Of a stretch of 32,000 bases of DNA, positions 14,616 to 23,600 are shown in pieces. Origin of the DNA: Halomicronema hongdechloris C2206. GTDB lineage: Bacteria > Cyanobacteriota > Cyanobacteriia > Phormidesmidales > Phormidesmidaceae. Every line of letters begins with the position of its first letter. Position 1 is the first letter of the stretch. The stretch covers positions 2,070,001 through 2,102,000 of the forward strand of contig NZ_CP021983.2 of the NCBI RefSeq assembly GCF_002075285.3, given 5' to 3'. The position numbers and the translations under genes were made by a program. The notes below the pieces were generated by a model. The model searched no databases, was not told where the DNA came from, and saw only the letters and a program-made list of their open reading frames with translations.

Positions 14616-17540
14616 TTAGTTTGTCTGATTAAGATAACTGTTTAACTGCTCAGCTAAGACTTGTACCTGAGGTTTAGCGAGCATCGTATAATGATTTCCA
14701 GGCACAACAACGACCTCTACTGATTCAGAAGAGAGTTGATCCCATCCCCAACTCAAATCATCGGGGTAAGCGGCTCCTTCATCGCTATCTTTGCCCTGGA
14801 AAAGCAGCAATCGCTCTGGGTAAATAATTTGAGGTAAATAGTTTTGATAAGCTCGCAAGTTGCTCTTATAAAGCTTGAATAAGAGACAGAATTGGTGAAA
14901 ATCAATATCAGTTGGCATTAAGTTAGCTGCCTGCAATTGGTCTAGGAAATAATTTAACTTCTCTGCGGTTGGCAGTTTCCGTAATGTGTTGAATCGATCG
15001 TGGAACGTTGATAAATCGTACCCAGCGGCACCAGCTATATCTCTAGCAAAACCGACTAATGCTGTAACATCAAAATCACTCTCAACCTCCGCAGGCTTGC
15101 TTCTGGAAATGGGCGCTGGATTATCTAGCAATGCCAGCAGTTCGATCAAATGCCCTTGCTTTTGCAATTGTTGTGCCATTTCAAACGCAATGAAGCTTCC
15201 CATTGACCAAGATACCAACAGGTATGGACCTTCTGGTTGAGCAAGACGAAGTGTTTCAATATAATGAGCTGCCATGTCTTCTATGCGAGTATAGGGTTCG
15301 CGATCTCCGTACAGACCGAGTGCTTGCAACCCATAGCACGGGCGATCGGTGCCCAAACTGCGTACCAGTTGGTTGTAGCAAAGGACTGTTCCACCCATCG
15401 AATGGATGAAAAATAGGGGTCTCTTAGAACCTTGTGACTGTATTTTAATTAGAGGGGCTTCAATGTCTGGTTTGCTAAATTTTGTGAATGATGAGTTTAC
15501 TGCTGTATATCCATATTTTGTTGTAGAACTGGGCTGTAAAAACTCAACCTCTTGCAATTCTACAACACTCTCCTTAACAGCTCGAATAACCTGCTCAATT
15601 TCTTCATCTGTGTGGGAAGTTGATAGAAAAAGTCGGCGATTTTCTAAGGCGTAAACCCCTTTTTCTAAAAGATGATAAAACAATAAATCTATTCCTTTGA
15701 GAGTAGATGGATGGGTAAAACGAAAAAGTGAACCAAAATGAACAACCTGAATAGGTAACTGTTTCTGTTCAAAATAAGTATTAAGCGTTGTAGCTAATTG
15801 TGTTGTCTTCCGAGTTAAGGTTTCCTGGAGTAATGGTCCACTATGCTTGAGATGGTTGAGTGCAGCCCAAGCGGCCGCCATGACAAGCGGGTGTTTAAAG
15901 TAAGTTCCTGCAAATATAGTGGTTTCTGTCTGAGGATATGACGCATCCCCATAGTTCCAAAAGCCACCATCCAAAGCATCCATCAAGGCAGCTTTACCCG
16001 CTACAGCACCAATGGGAAAACCCACCCCAATTGCCTTGGCATAGGTCGTTAAGTCGGCGCGAATATTCCATAGCGCCTGTACGCCTCCAGGGTGGGTACG
16101 AAAGCCAGTAATCACCTCGTCGAAAATCAGGACAACGCCTGCGCTCTCAGTCCATTGCCTCAATTCATGCAAAAACGCTTTGGGTTGAAAACCGGGTCGC
16201 TCACTCTGGACTGGCTCAACCAAAACAGCCGCCAATTCGTGAGCGTGGGCTTTCAAGATGTTAAGAGATTGAGGATTTCCATAGTCTAAAACGATGGCTT
16301 GATCAGCTTTATATGACGGGATTCCCGGTGCATTGGGTACAGAATCTGGTGTTCCATCTCCACTGGGAATCCCCGTCGCTAACACATCATCCAAATTGCC
16401 ATGAAATGAGCCAGTGAAAAAAGCAATCTTGGAACGTCCAGTGACGGCACGTGCAATTCGGATGGCTCCCTCTATCGCGTCTTTACCAGAATTGCAAAAA
16501 GCAACCCGTTCTTGCCCGGTCAACTCACAGATTAATTCAGCGACGTTACCTGCTAGCCGCGATTGGGGACCCAGTTGAATCCCTTGCTGAATCTGCTGTT
16601 GAATCGCTTCTACAACAAAAGAGGGGGAATGCCCGAACAGAAGCGCACCAAATCCCATTGACATATCAATGTACTCATTGTCGTCAATGTCCCAAATTTT
16701 GGCCCCAGCAGCTCGTTGCGTGTAAATTGGATATACTAATTCTTTGATAGCAAGATTGAACCCGCTGACGGCTCTGGGATTAGCATGACAGGGGCGGTGT
16801 ATTTGGGTGAGCTGTTTGGATTTTTGGGTGAGCTGGCTCAGACGCTCAATTAATCCTTCTAAATGGTTTTGTTGACGAGTGCTCAATGTCTCTTTTTGAG
16901 GAGCGATTGCCCTTTTAGGTGGACTTGTACGATTGCTTGAGTGATTTTGGTTTTCCTGAGGCAATGAGGTAGAGGTTGTTGTTTGCTGTATATCTAACGG
17001 CGTAGAGACAGGTGTTCTGGCTTCCGAAGGAGATAATGTTTGCTGCTTTGATAAAGTATTGTGGCGCAACAAGTCTAGCTGTTTAGCCATTACTTGAAGC
17101 TGTTGTGCCAAGAGCTGTTTGACAGCAGTATTAGGAGTTGATATTTTTGGGAAATTTTCCAGCAAAGATGTTCCATTTTGACTCACTGTAGAGCTAGTAG
17201 ACCGTTGTGATTCATTAACATCGGGAATAGACTCTGTTGCTGACTCTTCCAGAGGTCTCTGTTTAGAGATATAAATAGCAAGGTCGTGAATCGTTGGAGT
17301 ATTCTCAAGCAATAAACGTAGAGAAACATTGATATCAAACTGTTTTCTGACCGCTCCACTCAGTTGCAGGGTGTGAATGGACTCTAGCCCCATTTCAAAA
17401 AAATGGGTGTGAACATCGATCGCAGAAGGATGGACACCCAGGATATCACTGGCAATCCTTGTGAGTTCTCCCAGGATTCTCTGAGTTGATGCATCGATCG
17501 GGGAAGAATTTGATATCGGCTGAACTTGAGAATGAGTCAT
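14616..17540 (-). CDS. ACP - class-III PLP aminotransferase (AMT) - thioesterase tridomain protein
   Basis: ACP 'FFEMGLESIHTL' (Ser54, nt 17379-17381). GSA-aminomutase-like AMT with 'IDMSMGFGALLFGHSP', 'LIFDEVITGFR' and 'TYAKAIGVGFPIGAV' (Lys502, about nt 16035-16037). TE with 'PLFFIHSMGG', 'VSWSMGS' (Ser779, about nt 15204-15206) and 'VPGNHYTM'. Confidence 0.9.
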   Translation of the reverse strand: MTHSQVQPISNSSPIDASTQRILGELTRIASDILGVHPSAIDVHTHFFEMGLESIHTLQLSGAVRKQFDINVSLRLLLENTPTIHDLAIYISKQRPLEESATESIPDVNESQRSTSSTVSQNGTSLLENFPKISTPNTAVKQLLAQQLQVMAKQLDLLRHNTLSKQQTLSPSEARTPVSTPLDIQQTTTSTSLPQENQNHSSNRTSPPKRAIAPQKETLSTRQQNHLEGLIERLSQLTQKSKQLTQIHRPCHANPRAVSGFNLAIKELVYPIYTQRAAGAKIWDIDDNEYIDMSMGFGALLFGHSPSFVVEAIQQQIQQGIQLGPQSRLAGNVAELICELTGQERVAFCNSGKDAIEGAIRIARAVTGRSKIAFFTGSFHGNLDDVLATGIPSGDGTPDSVPNAPGIPSYKADQAIVLDYGNPQSLNILKAHAHELAAVLVEPVQSERPGFQPKAFLHELRQWTESAGVVLIFDEVITGFRTHPGGVQALWNIRADLTTYAKAIGVGFPIGAVAGKAALMDALDGGFWNYGDASYPQTETTIFAGTYFKHPLVMAAAWAALNHLKHSGPLLQETLTRKTTQLATTLNTYFEQKQLPIQVVHFGSLFRFTHPSTLKGIDLLFYHLLEKGVYALENRRLFLSTSHTDEEIEQVIRAVKESVVELQEVEFLQPSSTTKYGYTAVNSSFTKFSKPDIEAPLIKIQSQGSKRPLFFIHSMGGTVLCYNQLVRSLGTDRPCYGLQALGLYGDREPYTRIEDMAAHYIETLRLAQPEGPYLLVSWSMGSFIAFEMAQQLQKQGHLIELLALLDNPAPISRSKPAEVESDFDVTALVGFARDIAGAAGYDLSTFHDRFNTLRKLPTAEKLNYFLDQLQAANLMPTDIDFHQFCLLFKLYKSNLRAYQNYLPQIIYPERLLLFQGKDSDEGAAYPDDLSWGWDQLSSESVEVVVVPGNHYTMLAKPQVQVLAEQLNSYLNQTN

Positions 17541-17622
17541 CAGCAGTTCCTTGGTTTGCTATATTCTTGTGTGACTGAGGGATATCGCGACTGCGTTGCT
17601 CTGGTGTAATCTAAACGTGAGA

Positions 17623-20600
17623 TTATTCATGCAGATTGAGTAGGTCTAGCTGTTGGGATATAATTTCTAGCTGTTGAGTAATTAGTTGTTCTAAGCTATG
17701 TTTTTCTAATTTGGTTTCGGTGCCAGTTTCTTGGTTATTTATTTCTTCTGAATTGATAGATTGATTGGGTTCACCCCTAGACAACGACTCTGGTGGCTCT
17801 AATTCATTAGAAACTTCAAAAGCATTACCTGTTTTGTGGCTGCTATGCTTCAAGTCTAATGGAGCGGGATTGTTCTTTGATGGTGCAGATGGCGGTGGCA
17901 AATTGTTGGTTTTAGGAGACTCAATCCAATAGCGCTGGCGTTCAAATGGATAGGTGGGCAAATGGACACGATGGCGTTGTTCGTAGGCGTAAAATCCTGA
18001 CCAGTCGATCGGTACACCAGCAAGCCAAAGATTTCCCAGGGTGTTGAGCAAGAATGCCATATCAGACTGTTGCTGATGGGGATGGCGGAGTGAAGCCAGA
18101 ACTGACGGTGAAGGGGATGAATCTGCATCAGGCTGGACGGCTAACTGACTCAATGACCCTCCCGGACCCACTTCCAAAAGGATTCGCTCCGGTTCTTGCT
18201 GCAAGATTGCCATATTCTCAGCAAACCGCACAGGCTGGCACATATGCTTTGCCCAGTAAGCGGGAGCAGTCGCCTCGTCAGGTGTAATCCAAGTCCCTGT
18301 GACATTGGATAAGTAAGGGATTTTAGGCGGCTGGAGATTAAAGGTTTTTGTCAGCTCGATTAGGGGAGTGGCGATCGGTTCTAGCATTCTGGAATGAAAG
18401 GCATGAGAGGTTTGTAACCGGCAATAGGCGAAACCCTTTTCGGTTAAATGCTGAATTAATTCATCCACAGCGTCCGTAGAACCTGAAATAACACAGAGAG
18501 AGGGAGCTTGAATTGCCGCAAGGAATAGATTTTCCTTCAACAAAGGGGCTACTTCTGCCGCTGAAAGGGGAACAGCCAGCATCGCTCCCCCTGGCAATTC
18601 CTGAATCATCTGGGCTCTTTTTGTAACCAGGGTTAGGGCATCCTCTAGAGACATGACCCCAGCCAGGCAAGCGGCAACATATTCACCGATACTATAGCCC
18701 AGCATTACCTGAGGATAAATCCCCCACGACATCCACAATTGAGCTAATGCATATTCAATGATGAAGAGAATCGGTTGAGCCAGGAAGGTTTGATTTAATG
18801 TCTGGGTGGCGGTATCCGCCTGTCCTTCAGCACGAGCTAGCAGTTTACGGAAATCGAGGCGGGAATTAGGGGAATTGCGATCGATCTCCTCTTGCATATC
18901 AGGGTTGGTTCGGTCTTTGCCAGGATACAACACGTCGCGTAAATCCAGACCTAAAAGAGGCTGAAGAAAGTTGCAACACTGATCAACCTGGTTTCGAAAC
19001 GTGGATTCGCCCTGATACAGGTGCCAAGCCATGTTGACATAGTGGGTGCCTAATCCGGGAAACAGAAACGCGACGGGACGTCCTCCCCGGGGTTGATGGT
19101 AAGTTAGGACTCGTTTGGCATCTTGAAATGCAGTAATGGCATCGTTAACATCGCGGCAGACAACGGCTCGACGATGGCTAAATGCTCGACGACCGAGTTG
19201 CAACGTATAAGCGACATCCGCCAGGTTGAGGTCAGGATTTTGTTGGAGATAATCCACGAAATTGGCAGTTGCCGTCTCTAGGGCAGTGCTTGTTTTGGCG
19301 GATATCACCAGGAGTTGCCAGGGGCGAGAGTTTCCAGAAGGCGCTTGCGGCGGCGCTTCTTCTAAAACCACATGGGCATTGGTTCCTCCAAGCCCAAAGG
19401 CGCTTACCCCTGCCCGTCTGGGGATTCCGTTGGTTTCCCAATCGGTCAGTTTGGTATTGACATAGAAAGGAGTGTTGGTAAAGTCTATTTCTGGATTAGG
19501 GTGTTCAAAGTGCAATGTGGGGGGAATCTGTTGATGCTTAAGGGCCAGTAATGTTTTAATCAAACCAGCAACACCGGCGGCTCGATCAAGGTGACTAATA
19601 TTGGTTTTTACTGAACCGATCGCACATTGTGCCTGTTTGGTAAAGCCATCCCATCTTTCCTGATTCCTTCCGGCACAAAACACATTGTCCAGTGCCCTGA
19701 TTTCAATCGGATCTCCCAAAGCGGTTCCGGTTCCGTGGGTTTCGATATACGTGATTGTTTCGGGAGCAAAGCCAGCGATCGCCTGGGCATCGGCAATCAC
19801 TTCGGCTTGGCCGGTGACGCTGGATGCAGTAAAACTCACCTTCTCAAATCCATCGTTATTAATAGCTGAGCCCTTAATCACGGCATAAATTGAGTCACCA
19901 TCTCCTAAAGCCTCTTCTAGTCTTTTAAGTACCACAACTCCCACCCCACTGCCGAACGGACAACCTTCGGCTTTGGCATCAAATGCCCGACAGTGACCAT
20001 CTGAAGAAGCCATTCCACCCTCTTGATAGAAATAACCCTGCTTTTGTGGAACGGTGATTGAGACACCTCCAGCCAACGCCAGATCGCAGTCGTAGTTCAG
20101 TAATCCCCGACAAGCTAAGTGAATGGCAACAAGTGAGGTAGAACACGCGGTACTCACATTAACACTGGGTCCCTTCAAGTTAAGCTTGTAGGAAACCCGT
20201 GTGGCTAGGAAGTCTTGGATATTGCCAATGTTAATGGATAAAGACCCTACTGTTTGGATCGAGTCAGGATTGGGAATGAGATTGTTTAAGCAATAACTAC
20301 TTGAGGCGCTTCCGGCATAAACCCCAATTAATCCTGCCTTTGAAGACTCATAGCCTGCATTCTCCAGGGCAGACCAGGCAGATTCCAAGAAAAACCGGTG
20401 CTGCGGGTCAGTGATTTTAGCTTCCCGCGGTGTAAATCCAAAGAACGAAGCATCAAACCATTCAATGTCGTCCAGCGCAAATCCCGCCTTGACATAGTTG
20501 GGGTCGTGTAACCAAGTTGGATCTACCCCTGAAGCCAGTAGCTCCTCATCGGAAAAGAATGAAATAGACTCCACGCCATTGCATAAATTTTGCCAAAACT

Positions 20601-20688
20601 GTTCAACACTCCTGGCTCCCGGAAACCGACCGGCTATGCCAATGATGGCTATGCCCTCCAAGGACGGATCGCGCTTCATCTCATCCAT
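17623..20688 (-). CDS. Type I PKS, KS-AT didomain with no carrier domain, ending in a low-complexity tail and a coiled-coil-like helix
   Basis: KS motifs 'STACSTSLVAIH', 'ETHGTGTALGDPIE' and 'KTNISHLDRAAG'. AT motifs 'GYSIGEYVAACLAG' and 'SHAFHS' (malonyl-type HAFH). The post-AT linker is 'YPFERQRYWI'. It ends in '...LEQLITQQLEIISQQLDLLNLHE'. The start overlaps the upstream stop in ATGGATGA (20681-20688). Confidence 0.9.
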   Translation of the reverse strand: MDEMKRDPSLEGIAIIGIAGRFPGARSVEQFWQNLCNGVESISFFSDEELLASGVDPTWLHDPNYVKAGFALDDIEWFDASFFGFTPREAKITDPQHRFFLESAWSALENAGYESSKAGLIGVYAGSASSSYCLNNLIPNPDSIQTVGSLSINIGNIQDFLATRVSYKLNLKGPSVNVSTACSTSLVAIHLACRGLLNYDCDLALAGGVSITVPQKQGYFYQEGGMASSDGHCRAFDAKAEGCPFGSGVGVVVLKRLEEALGDGDSIYAVIKGSAINNDGFEKVSFTASSVTGQAEVIADAQAIAGFAPETITYIETHGTGTALGDPIEIRALDNVFCAGRNQERWDGFTKQAQCAIGSVKTNISHLDRAAGVAGLIKTLLALKHQQIPPTLHFEHPNPEIDFTNTPFYVNTKLTDWETNGIPRRAGVSAFGLGGTNAHVVLEEAPPQAPSGNSRPWQLLVISAKTSTALETATANFVDYLQQNPDLNLADVAYTLQLGRRAFSHRRAVVCRDVNDAITAFQDAKRVLTYHQPRGGRPVAFLFPGLGTHYVNMAWHLYQGESTFRNQVDQCCNFLQPLLGLDLRDVLYPGKDRTNPDMQEEIDRNSPNSRLDFRKLLARAEGQADTATQTLNQTFLAQPILFIIEYALAQLWMSWGIYPQVMLGYSIGEYVAACLAGVMSLEDALTLVTKRAQMIQELPGGAMLAVPLSAAEVAPLLKENLFLAAIQAPSLCVISGSTDAVDELIQHLTEKGFAYCRLQTSHAFHSRMLEPIATPLIELTKTFNLQPPKIPYLSNVTGTWITPDEATAPAYWAKHMCQPVRFAENMAILQQEPERILLEVGPGGSLSQLAVQPDADSSPSPSVLASLRHPHQQQSDMAFLLNTLGNLWLAGVPIDWSGFYAYEQRHRVHLPTYPFERQRYWIESPKTNNLPPPSAPSKNNPAPLDLKHSSHKTGNAFEVSNELEPPESLSRGEPNQSINSEEINNQETGTETKLEKHSLEQLITQQLEIISQQLDLLNLHE

Positions 20689-23600
20689 TCGGTTTTCTCC
20701 TCTGCTTCATCCGTTGTTGATTGTTTTGGATCGCAACTTGTTTCTGCTTTGCACGATCCTGAGCATGTTGGAATACAGGTCTTTTAGCAATTTCTTGGCT
20801 CAGGTGCTCTGCCAATGCGCTAATGGTTGGATACTCAAATAAGTCAGCGATCGGAAAGTCCTGATGGAGCCGATCTCGCATTTTGCTGCGGACTTGAACG
20901 GTTAAAAGCGAGTCTCCTCCCAGGTCTAAAAAGTTATCGTAGATGCCTACGAGTTCAACACCTAGTAACTCTTGCCAGATTTCAGCCAACGTTTGTTCTA
21001 GCTCATTGCGAGGCGCAACATAAGGGTTGTTCAACTCTGGTCGTGGATGCGTTGGCTTAGATAGATTAACCTTCTCTAGAGTCTCCAGAAAGTTAGAATC
21101 TTCTCCGGCATTTTCTTGTTCAATCTGAGTTAGAAAATCGCAAGTTGATACCACAACCTGAGGAATTGTTCTTCCTAAAAGGCGATCGAATACTTCGGCC
21201 CCCTCCTGGGGTAAAATTTTCTGCTGAAGTGTTTCGGCTCGCCATGCTTGCAGGTTAAAGGGCACTGTCGTGTCTACTGCCATCCCTACCTCTTGCCAAG
21301 CATCCCAGTTAATCGAAAAGACTGAGCGATGGGAAGAAGATAAGAAGTGATGATGGGCAAAAACATCTAAGAACGCATTGGCTGCACAATAGTCTACCTG
21401 TCCAAACCCGCCTTGGATGGAGGTAAGAGAAGAACAAAGCACTAAGAAATCGAGTGGAATATCCTTGAACACAGCTTCAAGAATCCGCGTTCCTTTAACT
21501 TTAGGAGCCAGAATTCTTTCTACCTCATCAGGTGTTTTTCGTTGAATCACACCTCCACCAGGAACACCAGCCGCATGGATCACGCCATTGATCTGCCCAA
21601 ACTGAGCGCAGGACTGATCCACAACGGCTTGCATCTGTTCAAACTGAGTGACATCCGCACTAATGATTTGCACTTCAGAGCCCAGTGCTTCTAGTTCTAG
21701 TATGATTTGAATCTTGCAGCTAATCTTGTCTTGTTCGTCATGAGTGGTCAACCAGTGTTGCCACGCTTCCCGTGGAGGAAATGCCGAACGTCCAATCAGA
21801 ATCAGTTTGGCTTGAACGGTTTTTGCCAGATGTTGAGCCAGTGTTAATCCAATGCCACCCAGTCCACCCGTAATCAGATAAACTCCACCAGGTTTTAACC
21901 GTACTGTCCTTGCTGGGGGGCGATCGAATCGCACGGGTTCAAACGCTTGCACCCAGCGCTGACGCCCCCGATAGGCAATCACTAGATCGGGTGATGGCGT
22001 TGTCAATTCTGCTAGAAGTTGTTCTGCCAAGTTTTCGACTTGCCAATGTTCTGGAATAGGAAACTCAACATCAATACTGCGGCAATGAAGATTTGGATAT
22101 TCTCGGGAAATCACTCGAACAGGTCCAAGGACAGTCGCCTTTTCTGGGCAGAGCGGTTCACCCCCTGTAACCGATTGCATCTGATTTGAAATCACCGTGA
22201 TTTGAACGTCATCGGTAATCGCCTGTTTTCCTAACGCCTGAGCTAGAAAAAGCAGGCTGTAAAACCCTAAATCCTGTAGTTTGTTAACTTGTTCAAAGCC
22301 TAAATTTGGAAAATTGTGCGAGGTAACAGTCCATGAATGAATGATCTTTGTTGGAAATTGATTGTGCTTTAAAAGGGCTTTGAATAAGACATGATAGTCT
22401 TCCTGTTGTTGAGGATTGAGGCTGTATTCTTTTTCGTTCCACTGGGTAAAGTGCGACCCAATGCTTACGGTGATAATCTCGTGGTTTTGCTGTTGCAAAT
22501 TCGTTACAATCTGGGAACCTAAACCGCATTCATCCAAGAATACAAGAATACAGGATGATTGATGTAACTCATCTTGGTCCAATAAAACTGGAGGTAAAGC
22601 GGGTTTCCAGAAAGGAAGGTAAAACCAGTCTGCGATGTCCAGTTTTCTACTCTTTGATTTTTCTTTGAATGGCGCGGCAACACGCTGTGGCTGCTTTTGT
22701 AAATCAATCCAATACCGCTGGCGTTCAAAGGGATACGTAGGTAACGGGAGTCTATGGCGACGCTCATGAGCATAAAAAACAGCCCAGTCTACTTTGACGC
22801 CCATCAACCATAAACGACCGAGTGTTGTGAGCAAAACCGCAATATCTGACTTTTGCTCTTTGAGGTGACGAACCGAGGTAAGTGTCACCAATTCATCGGG
22901 TTGATGTTGCTTAGCAAAGGTACTGAGGGTGCGTCCTGGACCAACCTCTAATAATATTTGCTTGGGCTTGGTGAGAACTTCGCGAATTCCAGCACTAAAG
23001 CACACGGGTTGTCTGAGTTGCTGTGTCCAATAATGAGGATCGATCGCCTCGCTTGGTGTCATCCAAGTGCCGCTGAGATTGGATATAAACGGAATGGTAG
23101 GCGGATTCAGTTTCACGCCTTGGAGAGCTTGAGTAAAAGGTTGCAGAATCGGTTCCATCATTTCAGAGTGGAAGGCATGAGAGGTATGTAAACGGCGGCA
23201 ACTTATGTTCTGTTCTTGCAATTTTTGTTGCAACTGCTCCACAGCCTCAGTCGGACCTGAAACCACACAAGAAGATGGTGCATTACTTCCAGCTAGGGAA
23301 AGGGCTGCTCCTAACAATGGTTGTATTTGTTGCTCAGAACATTGAACAGCTAGCATCGCACCGAGGGGACACTGCTGCATCAGTCGTCCGCGTGTGGCAA
23401 CTAGCGCTAAGGCGTCTTCCAGGGAGAAAACACCAGCCAGACAAGCCGCGACATATTCGCCGATGCTGTGACCGATCATGGCGGTGGGATTCACGCCCCA
23501 AGACATCCACAATTTGGCAAAGGCATACTCAATGACAAATAAGGCAGGCTGGGCGTAGATAGTGTCGTTGAGGGAGAATTCAAAGTTCGGAGCTTGCAAC

